A stretch of 64,000 nucleotides of DNA from assembly GCA_937864035.1 (NCBI GenBank), contig CALMIO010000011.1:13957-77956 (forward strand), given 5' to 3'. Positions 8,922 to 17,752 of this stretch are shown in pieces. The notes under the pieces are model-generated. The model worked only from the letters and a program-made list of their open reading frames with translations. It had not been told where the DNA came from and did no database searches. How positions within the stretch are numbered: the stretch's first letter is position 1; each line of letters starts with the position of its first letter. The translations under genes were made by a program, and so were the position numbers. The stretch is from an uncultured Pseudomonadota bacterium (GTDB taxonomy: Bacteria; Bdellovibrionota_C; UBA2361; CALMIO01).

Positions 8922-10976
8922 TTAGTTGCCACCAAGGGCGTTAGTAAGTTCCTGATCAAGGTTCGGAGCCGCTCCAATGGTCGGCTCAATCAAAATCTGA
9001 TCGGCTAACGCCAACCTTTCGGCAATTTGGCCACGCAACTTCTCTGACGGTTCATTAACGGCGAGAGAGCGTAAAATAGCAACCTCCTCAGGTTTATCAA
9101 TAGCCAGTTTAGATATGCCTAATGCCCGAGCTAACGGTTCTCTGTGGCCAAGTAGGAGTTTAATTTTTGATAGGGTCACGCTCCAATCAGTAGAGCTTAA
9201 ATATTTTGTCGCCATTAAATTAAAAAGATCATCGGCTGGCATGTCTGAGCGCATTGCCAAAAGCTCGAAAACAGCGTTAGCGTCAGGCCGAGAGTCAAAC
9301 CAACGAGGGAGAAATTTTGCCGCCTGATCGCCACCCAAAGCTAAGGCGGCAAGCAGAGTAACGGTTTGAACTCTGCTCAAATCATATTTTTCATTCGCCA
9401 CCAAATCAACAAATCGGCGTCCAAGTTGATCCTTAAAAAAACGCTCTTTTAATTGAGAAACCGCATATTTGCCGATCTGCGGACTGCCAAAACGAAGCAA
9501 GTCCGCTAATTGCTCGAAAGAAAAATCTATAGCGGTTGGCAAAATACCGATTGTTAAACTTAACTTAGTATAGAGAGAGTGTTTGCTCCAAACTGCCAGA
9601 TCTTCCGCGCCCTGCTCTTCAAACCAACGCAGCTTAAGCCCAAGCAATTTTGAATTAGCCAAGATCCAACTTTGAGCAGACTTCAGAAGAGATGGACGAT
9701 CACGAAGCGCGGGCATAATAACCCTTAACTTCTTTATCAGCAAAAGCTCATTCTTACTACTCTCCAAAAAAGATTCCAACAACTCACTCTGCCTTTCATC
9801 ATCCTCTTCAAGCAAAAGATTGGCGATTATTCTTAGTAAACCATCTTGAGCAGATTGAATTTTTAAATCTTTATCAGCAAGAAGCATTTGAAAAATCTCG
9901 CCATAAGGGGAAGAAAGCTTCTTTAAAACATTAATATCAAGCTGGTCGAATTGGGCGACCTGACCCGATATCTTATAACTGCCCAGTACCGCCAAACTAA
10001 ACTCAGCTCCCACGCCAGAGAGAGAAAGATCTCGTAACTGTTCCTCTTCAAGTAATGGAGCAAATGTTAATTTTAAAGCTCTCTCTAAATCAGCCTCTGG
10101 CAAACTTTTCAAATTACCTATCAATAAAAGATTGTTCAATAATTTCTTATTTAACCCCAACTTTTCAAAAGTTTCTCCGCGCAATAGAGATGTCACCCGA
10201 TCAAGAGCTAAATCTTTCTCCGTTTGTTCTCCAAACATAATCGCATCATAAAGAGACAAAACAAGCTCTCTGGCGGACCGCTTTTGTTCCATTTGAGTTG
10301 GAAGTTTCGCGGAAGAGTTTTCGATCGAACGATTTAGATTATAACTATCGCGGTTGACATAAATAAAAATCAACCCAACAATTACTAAAAAAGCAATCCA
10401 TAGATTTCTAGAAGACGATGGAGAATAACCATCAGATTGAAGATCGACAGACCTCTCAGTAATACCTATGACGTCGCCTTGGTGTTGGCTAGTGGTGTCA
10501 GCTACCCCCGCCAATGATAAATCATCGGGGGAAGAGTCTTGCCGCGAGCCGCCATCAGAACCAAGAACCGAATCAGCAATCTCAACTAACTTATTTAAAA
10601 TGACCCGATACTCAGAGCTGTTAATGCCTTCAAGGTTGCTGAGCATCCGTCCAACGATAAAATTTCCACTGGCGATATTTTGGCTAAAAAAAACACCTTC
10701 ATTCTTAAGCCGATCCTCGCCGAGCCGCGAAACAAACTCTCTAATTTTTTCAAGCTTTTCTCCAGAAACAATCAACGCGCTCCGATAAAAATCAGAACCA
10801 GACAAGGTCAGGACAATAGAGGCTGATTCGAGGGAAATCTCAACCTCTTCATCAGAGGAAGAAACAGGCGCAATAACACCGCAAAGCCGCCCCGGTAGGG
10901 CTATTTTTTTTGCTAGCTCTAAAACGCTCTCTAAATCCTGCTCGCTTAAATTTTCAATAGGTCTATATGAATACAT
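8922..10976 (-). CDS. Hypothetical membrane-anchored protein. Has an N-terminal about 190-aa cytoplasmic domain, one TM helix (LWIAFLVIVGLIFIYV), and a roughly 470-aa C-terminal alpha-helical (HEAT/ARM-like) region
   Basis: 684-aa uninterrupted ORF with normal codon usage. I recognise no catalytic motif. Leu-rich helical C-terminal half. Confidence 0.55.
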   Translation of the reverse strand: MYSYRPIENLSEQDLESVLELAKKIALPGRLCGVIAPVSSSDEEVEISLESASIVLTLSGSDFYRSALIVSGEKLEKIREFVSRLGEDRLKNEGVFFSQNIASGNFIVGRMLSNLEGINSSEYRVILNKLVEIADSVLGSDGGSRQDSSPDDLSLAGVADTTSQHQGDVIGITERSVDLQSDGYSPSSSRNLWIAFLVIVGLIFIYVNRDSYNLNRSIENSSAKLPTQMEQKRSARELVLSLYDAIMFGEQTEKDLALDRVTSLLRGETFEKLGLNKKLLNNLLLIGNLKSLPEADLERALKLTFAPLLEEEQLRDLSLSGVGAEFSLAVLGSYKISGQVAQFDQLDINVLKKLSSPYGEIFQMLLADKDLKIQSAQDGLLRIIANLLLEEDDERQSELLESFLESSKNELLLIKKLRVIMPALRDRPSLLKSAQSWILANSKLLGLKLRWFEEQGAEDLAVWSKHSLYTKLSLTIGILPTAIDFSFEQLADLLRFGSPQIGKYAVSQLKERFFKDQLGRRFVDLVANEKYDLSRVQTVTLLAALALGGDQAAKFLPRWFDSRPDANAVFELLAMRSDMPADDLFNLMATKYLSSTDWSVTLSKIKLLLGHREPLARALGISKLAIDKPEEVAILRSLAVNEPSEKLRGQIAERLALADQILIEPTIGAAPNLDQELTNALGGN

Positions 10977-11310
10977 CTTTTATGCCTTTTCTTTAAAAAA
11001 AAGCCTAAATAAAGAAAGAAAGCATGGTTAAGCGCTCGAAAGATAAAACGGCTAGCAATAAACTTGATTTGATTTCCTTCTTTAACATACTATAAACAAC
11101 AATAAACCATATCTTTATATAAAATTAAATATTGATTTTCCAACCGAATAAACTTACTCTAAAATAAGAATTCTTACTGAAAAGATTCTTATGAAATATG
11201 AAAAAAGCCTTTAACAAGTTGCCATTAACGCCTGCCAAATGCTCGCTTAGAGTCAATTATTGCCAATTATATTGCCACTTACAGTATTTTTATCTTTAAA
11301 AGAAACCTTC

Positions 11311-11724
11311 ATGCGCCTCAAACGGGAAATAAACATCAGCTATCTTACTTCAATTTTCTTCATTATACTCTATCTTAGTTTGCAATTTTTTCTCCCTACC
11401 ACTAACGCCCAGCAGAACGACGCAACAACCGAAAAACCTCCTGCCTTTATGCAAATCTGGAAACTAATGCCGCCCGCAGAGAAAAGGGTTTTTCTAGCTG
11501 GCTACCTAAAAGGATGGACCGATGCTCGTGATATTTTAAAGATCGTAATGAACTTTGTTCGCGAGCAACCAGCTGAAGCCGCAAATAGCTTGGCGAAAGT
11601 AATAGCAATTTACGACTTCTCGTTTCTAAAACCTGAATATCTAGTGGGAAGATTGGATAGTTTTTATCTTAAAAGCGATAACAAAGATCGCTCTTTAATC
11701 GAAGCAATAACCGCCTCGCGTTAA
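11311..11724 (+). CDS. Hypothetical small secreted protein
   Basis: The ORF track starts at 11260, but the internal Met at 11311 gives a canonical signal peptide (MRLKREINISYLTSIFFIILYLSLQFFLPTTNA|QQ). About 137 aa. Confidence 0.45.
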   Translation: MRLKREINISYLTSIFFIILYLSLQFFLPTTNAQQNDATTEKPPAFMQIWKLMPPAEKRVFLAGYLKGWTDARDILKIVMNFVREQPAEAANSLAKVIAIYDFSFLKPEYLVGRLDSFYLKSDNKDRSLIEAITASR

Positions 11725-11732
11725 TTAAATTT

Positions 11733-12266
11733 ATGGTTGATCAAGAAAAAATAACAGAGATCTTTAAAAAAATCACCGTTACTAGCGAACATCCTGTACC
11801 GATTGGCGGCCGCTGTGAGAGCAAAACTTTTTATCAAGTTACCGACCTTGATGAAGCTGATCTTGACACGGCCGCTCAATATATTGCGGAAAGGTTGCAT
11901 AAAGTTATCTCTCCAAGCAAGCCAGATCTTTTTCTGCGCCTACCCGGCGGACATACTGAACTAGCAACAAGATTAGCCAAAATATACTCAGAGCTCTATC
12001 TGCCCTCAAGAAATATTCAGGTAGAAACATATCAAAGTACCACCATTTCGAATGGATTAGGCGATAAATTCAGAGGGAAAAGTTCAGTTCTGGTTACAGA
12101 TGTCATTACCACCGCTCGCTCAACTCTCGAAGCGCATGCTAAAGCCACTTTGCGGGGCATCAAGGTAATCGCCTGGGCATGCTTAATAGATCGAACTTTT
12201 GGTCCAGGTCCAGTTTCAGTGGTCGCGGCTTTTACCGGAGCTCCAGTCACCTTACTATCAAACTAG
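11733..12266 (+). CDS. Phosphoribosyltransferase-like protein with degenerate PRPP-binding motif
   Basis: 177 aa. SSVLVTDVITTARST resembles the type I PRTase PRPP loop (VLlVDDVlTTGgT) but lacks the DD pair and the GG, suggesting a regulatory or divergent PRTase-fold protein. Starts 9 nt after the previous stop. Confidence 0.45.
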   Translation: MVDQEKITEIFKKITVTSEHPVPIGGRCESKTFYQVTDLDEADLDTAAQYIAERLHKVISPSKPDLFLRLPGGHTELATRLAKIYSELYLPSRNIQVETYQSTTISNGLGDKFRGKSSVLVTDVITTARSTLEAHAKATLRGIKVIAWACLIDRTFGPGPVSVVAAFTGAPVTLLSN

Positions 12267-12313
12267 GGGCTATAGCTATTTATTTTTAAAATTAAATAAA
12301 TTAAATTATTTTT

Positions 12314-13462
12314 ATGGAAGACTCATTTATAGTTGACGCGGTTAGGACACCAAGAGCAAGGCGCAAAGGAAAATTTTCGTCGGTTCATCCAATCGATCTT
12401 TTAACCTATCCGTTAAACGCGATCGTCCAAAGAAACAACATTAAACCGGAAAGCATAGAGGACGTCGCCATCGGTTGCGTTACCCAAACCGGAGAACAGG
12501 GCTGGTGCGTGGCGCGAGGTGCAATACTAGCCGCCGGCTGGCCAATCTCCGTTCCCGGAACAACTATCAATAGGCTTTGCGCTTCAAGCCAGCAAGCTGT
12601 TGGTTTTATTTCTAGCTCCATTAAATCAGGACAATATGAGTTGGCAATCGCCGGCGGACTTGAACACATGACTCGGGCTCCAATGTTTTCCGATATTGGA
12701 GGAGAGGAGAGTCCCCTCCTAAAAAAACACCATCCCAATTTGGTCCAGCAAGGGATGGCGGCGGAGTTGCTCGCTAAAAAATATGAGATCGCCAGATCGG
12801 AATGCGACCTGTTCGCTTTAAAATCACAACAACGGGCAAAAGTGGCGATTGAAGGGGGTTTTTTTAAAAAATCAATAATTCCAGTTCCTTACACGGATCA
12901 GGATCGATCCTCGCAAATTATGGAGATCGACGACAATCCCCGTTTTGACACTAATCTTGAGGCGCTTTCAACTCTAAAAACCCCATTCTCAGAGGAAGGG
13001 GTGATCACAGCCGGCAACGCTTCAGGTATCGTTGATGGAGCAAGCGCGATTTTGTTGGCGAGCAAATCAGCTCTGGCAGAATTTAACTTAAAACCCAGAG
13101 CAAAGGTCGTTACCCATGCCACGGTCGGTTCAGATCCATTGATTATGTTAGACGGTCCTGTCGCCGCAAGCCGCGCGATTCTCAAACGCGCCGGTCTTGG
13201 AATAGAAGATATAGATTTGTGGGAGATCAATGAAGCTTTCGCGCCAGTTCCAATATTGGCAATCAGAGCTCTCGGGATAGATCCAGAGAAGGTAAATGTC
13301 TGCGGCGGCGCTATTGCTTTAGGGCATCCGTTAGGCGCGACCGGCGCGATTTTAATCGGTTCAGCCTTAGATGAATTAGAGCGACGAGCTGCAAAAAGAG
13401 CTTTAATCACCATGTGCATTGGCCTTGGAATGGCATGTGCCACCATTATCGAGAGAATCTAG
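12314..13462 (+). CDS. Acetyl-CoA C-acetyltransferase (thiolase II)
   Basis: 382 aa. Thiolase signatures: NRLCASSQQAV (active-site Cys), GNASGIVDGASA, the CGGAIALGHPLGATG pattern near the C-terminus. Confidence 0.9.
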   Translation: MEDSFIVDAVRTPRARRKGKFSSVHPIDLLTYPLNAIVQRNNIKPESIEDVAIGCVTQTGEQGWCVARGAILAAGWPISVPGTTINRLCASSQQAVGFISSSIKSGQYELAIAGGLEHMTRAPMFSDIGGEESPLLKKHHPNLVQQGMAAELLAKKYEIARSECDLFALKSQQRAKVAIEGGFFKKSIIPVPYTDQDRSSQIMEIDDNPRFDTNLEALSTLKTPFSEEGVITAGNASGIVDGASAILLASKSALAEFNLKPRAKVVTHATVGSDPLIMLDGPVAASRAILKRAGLGIEDIDLWEINEAFAPVPILAIRALGIDPEKVNVCGGAIALGHPLGATGAILIGSALDELERRAAKRALITMCIGLGMACATIIERI

Positions 13463-13516
13463 CGTAGTTAGATTTTTAGAGAAGAAATTATTTTATTTTT
13501 TAAGTATTTAGTAATT

Positions 13517-14839
13517 ATGCAATTAGCCAGTATGAAAAATGAATCATTTCAAGACTACAAAATTAAAGATATCTCTCTAGCAGATTGGGGAAGAAAAGAG
13601 ATTGAGATCGCGGAAAAAGAGATGCCCGGCCTGATGGCGCTACGAGCCGAGTATGGAGCAAGCAAGCCGCTAGCCGGAGCTCGCATAGCCGGCTCTCTCC
13701 ACATGACTATTCAAACCGCCGTTCTGATAGAAACTTTAACGGCGTTGGGAGCCGAAGTTCGTTGGTCAAGTTGTAATATATTCTCGACTCAAGACCACGC
13801 CGCCGCCGCTATCGCCGCCGCGGGAATTCCGGTATTCGCTTGGAAAGGAGAAACTTTAGAAGAGTACGATTGGTGCTTGGAGCAAACTTTAAAATTCGCG
13901 GGCCGCGGTCCAAACATGATTATTGATGATGGCGGCGATCTGACAGCTCTCGTTCAGCAAAAATTTCCAAACTTGCTTAAGGAAATAAGAGGCATATCGG
14001 AAGAAACTACGACTGGAGTATCTCGCCTATATCGCCTAAGCGCCGAAGGCAAGTTAACGGTGCCATGCTTTAACGTTAACGATTCGGTCACCAAATCTAA
14101 ATTTGATAATCTTTATGGTTGCCGAGAATCTCTGGCTGATGGCCTAAAGCGAGCTCTTGATGTCATGATCGCTGGCAAAATGGTGCTTGTGGCTGGTTAT
14201 GGCGATGTTGGCAAAGGCTGTGCTCATTCAATGCGAAGTTATGGAGCTCGCGTTGTAATCACCGAAATCGATCCAATTAACGCCTTACAAGCGGCAATGA
14301 ATGGCTTTGAGGTAAAAACCGTGGAAGATGCCGTTAGTGATGTTGACATATTCGTAACCGCTACGGGCAACACAAATATCATCACATCCAAGCATTTTGA
14401 AAAGATGAAAGATCAGGCGATTGTTTGCAATATCGGGCACTTTGACAACGAGATCGATGTAGCTTGGTTGGAGAAAAATCCGACAATCAAGGAAAAGAAC
14501 ATTAAACCTCAAGTTGATAAATTTATCTTTCCAGATGGGCGGGAGATTATCGTTCTTGCTCGCGGCAGGTTAGTCAATCTATCCTGCGCTAATGGCCATC
14601 CCAGTTTCGTTATGTCAACTTCATTTACCAATCAGGTACTAGCACAAATTGAACTTTTCAATAATCACGGAAAATACAAACCGGGCGTATATATTTTACC
14701 TAAAATTCTTGATGAGAAGGTCGCTCGGCTTCATCTTGATAAATTGGGAGTTAAACTTACAAAGCTGACTAAAGAGCAGGCAGAATACATAGGCGTTAAA
14801 GTAGAAGGACCCTATAAACCAGAACATTATCGTTATTAA
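13517..14839 (+). CDS. ahcY: Adenosylhomocysteinase (S-adenosyl-L-homocysteine hydrolase)
   Basis: 440 aa. Typical AhcY N-terminus ([26 protein letters not shown]) and NAD-binding domain ([17 protein letters not shown]). Confidence 0.95.
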   Translation: MQLASMKNESFQDYKIKDISLADWGRKEIEIAEKEMPGLMALRAEYGASKPLAGARIAGSLHMTIQTAVLIETLTALGAEVRWSSCNIFSTQDHAAAAIAAAGIPVFAWKGETLEEYDWCLEQTLKFAGRGPNMIIDDGGDLTALVQQKFPNLLKEIRGISEETTTGVSRLYRLSAEGKLTVPCFNVNDSVTKSKFDNLYGCRESLADGLKRALDVMIAGKMVLVAGYGDVGKGCAHSMRSYGARVVITEIDPINALQAAMNGFEVKTVEDAVSDVDIFVTATGNTNIITSKHFEKMKDQAIVCNIGHFDNEIDVAWLEKNPTIKEKNIKPQVDKFIFPDGREIIVLARGRLVNLSCANGHPSFVMSTSFTNQVLAQIELFNNHGKYKPGVYILPKILDEKVARLHLDKLGVKLTKLTKEQAEYIGVKVEGPYKPEHYRY

Positions 14840-14899
14840 AAGACTACTAGCTCTTCATAAAAAAGCAATTGAGCAAAAAAGCGGGTAAATTTTGGATAG

Positions 14900-15475
14900 C
14901 GCCACAAAAGCTTTCTGGTAAAGTTAAGGAGCAACGATACTAGATGCATATTTTAAAAAGTTATCCGTGCAAATTTGTTAGAAAGGCGAATAGTAGTTCA
15001 AAAAAAGGTAAAAGATAAGAGGATATAATGCAAGGAAGTACCCCAAAATAGTATAAAACCTTGCAAAAGTAATTAAGCAAAAGAGCACGAAGCGCCAACA
15101 AGAGTTGCTGTTTGAAAGAGAGTTACAGTTTACATGAGCCGCATGTTGAAGCTATTGCCAACAGAGGGCATAACGCAACAGAAAAATTTCGCGTGATTAG
15201 AGCAAACTTTAAAGTTGAAGCTGTTATCTCATAAATTAAGTGGCGCTATATTTAAAATTTTAAAATCTACCGCTTTTTAAACTAACTTTTAGTTCCTATT
15301 GGGGAAGTCTCGTCTGAAAAACAAATTTTTTAGCAAATTTGCCAGAAACTTTGCCCTGTTAATAAAATTTCACCTTTTCTGCTCTCTGCTTAGAAAAGAA
15401 AAATAGATTTTCTACCGGTTTTCTGCTGGGAAAATCACCTTTTTCAAGGATAGCTAAAAAATATATCTCCTAATA
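14900..15475 (+). repeat. Intergenic mosaic repeat, copy A (longest)
   Basis: A 666-bp ORF-free spacer. 14985-15130 aligns with 61445-61610, including the shared GGATATAATGCAAGGAAGT with its TATAAT box at 15024-15029. 15290-15410 aligns with 61700-61810 and with the reverse complement of 35640-35770 (GGGAAGTCTCGTCTG...TTTGCCAGAAACTTTGCC...TTAATAAAA.TT.C...CTCTGCTTAGAAAA). Confidence 0.65.
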
Positions 15476-15505
15476 AGCAGAATAGGTCGCCATGCACGCG
15501 AACCT

Positions 15506-16423
15506 TTAAGCAACTAATTTAAACTGACTAGAAAAGGTCGAGTCTCTCTGTTTTTTGGCTTTTGTAGAATTTTTAAAGAACACTCGATTTTTGGCAGATA
15601 ATTCTTGATTGATCGCTTTAAGTAGAGAATCACTCGGAACTTCAACCGCTCTTAGAAGAAACTCCCGCAAAGATGTTAAAACTTCCCTTTTAACCCTAGA
15701 CAGGTGACACCTACTATAGCCAAGCTCCTGAGCAACTTTATTAAGCTGTTCTCCACAAAGATAGATCCTTTTAATGACACCATGTTCGATTGGACCTAAC
15801 GATTCTCCATGCTTAACAGCCAACTGATAAAGCTCTTTTTGCTCCAAACGTTCTTCAGGATTTTTAATCTCCTCGTTAATCAAAGCAGACAAAGATTCCT
15901 CGCTACTAGATCGAGGTCTTCTATAATAATTGGGGTCATCGCTCATATTAGCGCCATCTTCAAGCTCAGTAATGTTAATAAACTGAGACTTAACAGCCTC
16001 CTCAATCGCGCGAATTAAATGACCTTTTAAATGATAATATAAAAACGTCACAAAACTACTGCCATAGGCTGGATTAAATCTCTTTGCCGCCTCGCAAAGA
16101 GCTATATGAACCACACTCTCCAATTCGAAACGATCTAAGCGAGCATTCCATTTTCGCAACATACTGGCTCCCAGCTTATAACCTTTCTCTCTATATTTTA
16201 AAATTAACTTCTGATACGGAAGATTATCCTTCAGAATAATTGTTTTTTCTTCAATTTTGTTTTTGAACTTTTTACGAAACACGCCTTTATTGGTAACAGC
16301 TCCTTTTTTAGAAGGCAAATTTCCGGCTATTTGAATAAATCTGTTTTTCTTGACTTTTGTCTGCTCTGCTACTTTCATAAATACTTCGGTTATCTGATAA
16401 AATTTGACCGAAAAACTAAGCAA
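15506..16423 (-). CDS. RNA polymerase sigma factor, minimal sigma-70 family (sigma-28/FliA-like, regions 2 and 4 only) with lysine-rich N-terminal extension
   Basis: Region 2 motif ALCEAAKRFNPAYGSSFVTFLYYHLKGHLIRAIEEA (compare LmkAvekFdpekGykFSTYAtwwIrqaI). Region 4.2 helix-turn-helix LNKVAQELGYSRCHLSRVKREVLTSLREFL. The true start may be an internal Met (MKVAEQ... or ...SMLRKW). Confidence 0.7.
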   Translation of the reverse strand: MLSFSVKFYQITEVFMKVAEQTKVKKNRFIQIAGNLPSKKGAVTNKGVFRKKFKNKIEEKTIILKDNLPYQKLILKYREKGYKLGASMLRKWNARLDRFELESVVHIALCEAAKRFNPAYGSSFVTFLYYHLKGHLIRAIEEAVKSQFINITELEDGANMSDDPNYYRRPRSSSEESLSALINEEIKNPEERLEQKELYQLAVKHGESLGPIEHGVIKRIYLCGEQLNKVAQELGYSRCHLSRVKREVLTSLREFLLRAVEVPSDSLLKAINQELSAKNRVFFKNSTKAKKQRDSTFSSQFKLVA

Positions 16424-16552
16424 AACTTTGCAACATTCTTCTAAATAGTTAATCTGCGATGAACTGGTTTTTGATTCATAAAAAAATAAAGGTATGTTTT
16501 AGCCTGTTTTTAAAGTAGTAAATGTTGTGCTAAGTTATCTCTAGTTGAATCT

Positions 16553-17365
16553 ATGAAAAACAGTAAAAACCGTACTCTTTCCGAAGAAGAGGCAAACAAA
16601 CTAGTCGAAGCCAACATCAATTGGGCGTATAATGTTGCTAAAGCGGTGGCGCGTTCATGGAATCTAGATTGGCAAGCCGATGGGCTAGATGGAGCTGCAA
16701 TGGAAGCATTGATTTTTTGCTCACGCCGCTATCAGCCTGATACCGGCGTGCCGTTTCGCGGCTACGCTAGAAAACGAATTCATGAGGCCGCGGCGGAAGC
16801 CGCCAGACGCTCGAAAACATGGCTCAAAAGCGGTAGCGCCGATCGCCTAGAATATGAAGCTCGAGCGCTATCGGCTGAATTACTTGATGTTTTTCCAGAA
16901 CTGCGTAGCGGCGAAATTAGTTCGGCTTTTGCCTCTGAAGACGATAGTGGTAGAGTAGATGTTAGAACAGCCATTAGAAACCTGCTCGTTGGAGCGAGTT
17001 TACTAGCAGCAAAACACTCACTTGCTCAAGCCTCTCCCGAAGAGATTACCGACTATAAAAAAATGCTTACTTACGCTGGCCAACTAGAACCAATTCATCA
17101 ACAGCTCATTTGGCGAATTTATTGGGAGGGATTATCACTGAGAAATTTAGCTGAAGAGTGGGAAGTTGACGAATTAAATGTTATTCGCGAGCATAAAGTT
17201 CTGTTGGCGTATCTGCAAAAAAGCTTTAGCGCCGGCAAACCTTCCTTAAAACCAAAGGTTAGACCGGGCCTGAAGGCAATCGCAGTTAAACTAAAAAGAT
17301 CTAATCATACTGGAGAGTTCGCTGCTTTCCAGAATTTTAAAGGTGAACAAGATGAGCAAAGATGA
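16553..17365 (+). CDS. RNA polymerase sigma factor paralog (minimal sigma-70 family), divergently transcribed from the previous gene
   Basis: Region 2-like AAMEALIFCSRRYQPDTGVPFRGYARKRIHEAA. Region 4-like LSLRNLAEEWEVDELNVIREHKVLLAYL. 270 aa. Confidence 0.6.
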   Translation: MKNSKNRTLSEEEANKLVEANINWAYNVAKAVARSWNLDWQADGLDGAAMEALIFCSRRYQPDTGVPFRGYARKRIHEAAAEAARRSKTWLKSGSADRLEYEARALSAELLDVFPELRSGEISSAFASEDDSGRVDVRTAIRNLLVGASLLAAKHSLAQASPEEITDYKKMLTYAGQLEPIHQQLIWRIYWEGLSLRNLAEEWEVDELNVIREHKVLLAYLQKSFSAGKPSLKPKVRPGLKAIAVKLKRSNHTGEFAAFQNFKGEQDEQR

Positions 17366-17708
17366 TGATAAAAATAGAATTTCCGAGATCGGCAAAACCA
17401 AAGAAACCGCTCCAGTTAAGAGAACCGAAGCGATCAGCGAAGTTGAAGCAATCAAACCAACCAGTGGAATTGAAGGCATTAGCCCAACCGGAGATAATTC
17501 ATCGGCTCGCCGTAAAATCAAACTAAGCGAAAGTGATCGCGAAGAGGTTTTTAAGCTAGTCGACGAAGAGAGCGAAGCTCTCTTTAAAAAGGAATCAATT
17601 CCAGAGAGAAAAAAAGCGGTCATCAAAAAAGCCGTAAAAATGGCGATCGATAGTGGATTGATATCCAAGACAGATTTGGATGATGAAGGACAAGATGAAG
17701 ATCGCTAA
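17352..17708 (+). CDS. Small acidic, lysine-rich, probably disordered protein translationally coupled to the sigma factor. Candidate anti-sigma factor (FlgM-like?)
   Basis: ATG at 17352 lies 6 nt after RBS AAGGTG and 14 nt inside the 3' end of the sigma ORF (stop at 17363-17365). The C-terminal ERKKAVIKKAVKMAIDSG loosely resembles the FlgM C-terminal helix. The ORF track lists it from an upstream GTG at 17343. Confidence 0.3.
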   Translation: MSKDDDKNRISEIGKTKETAPVKRTEAISEVEAIKPTSGIEGISPTGDNSSARRKIKLSESDREEVFKLVDEESEALFKKESIPERKKAVIKKAVKMAIDSGLISKTDLDDEGQDEDR

Positions 17709-17752
17709 CAAGATCTCGTTGTTTATCTAATCTTAACGGCGAATCTCCTTTT

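Noticed and set aside
12898-13446. 182-aa minus-strand ORF (and similar antisense ORFs at 1818-2147, 12406-12738, 9115-9327, 10468-10788, 22957-23355, 23535-23921, 31215-31514, 37992-38390, 55525-56052, 56506-56892, 57946-58200)
   Set aside because: Each lies fully inside a well-supported gene on the opposite strand (thiolase, carboxyltransferase, tsf, rpsB, msbA, kef, murD, ftsW and others) and has no independent motif. These are typical GC-skewed antisense frames.
15290-15320. RNase P RNA P4-like motif GGGAAGTCTCG in the repeat 3' module
   Set aside because: It resembles AGGAAAGTCCGG only superficially. It is present in three copies, and the rest of the RNase P core (the P4 3' strand ACAGAAA..., the CR-II/III loops) is absent. 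I also see no tmRNA tRNA-like end or tag reading frame, and no 6S-like large central bubble.
16424-16552. Search for a sigma-28 type promoter (TAAA-N15-GCCGATAA) in the divergent sigma-sigma spacer
   Set aside because: Only a weak TAAAGG...GTTTTTAA resemblance was seen, with no convincing -10 GCCGATAA element, so no promoter is called.
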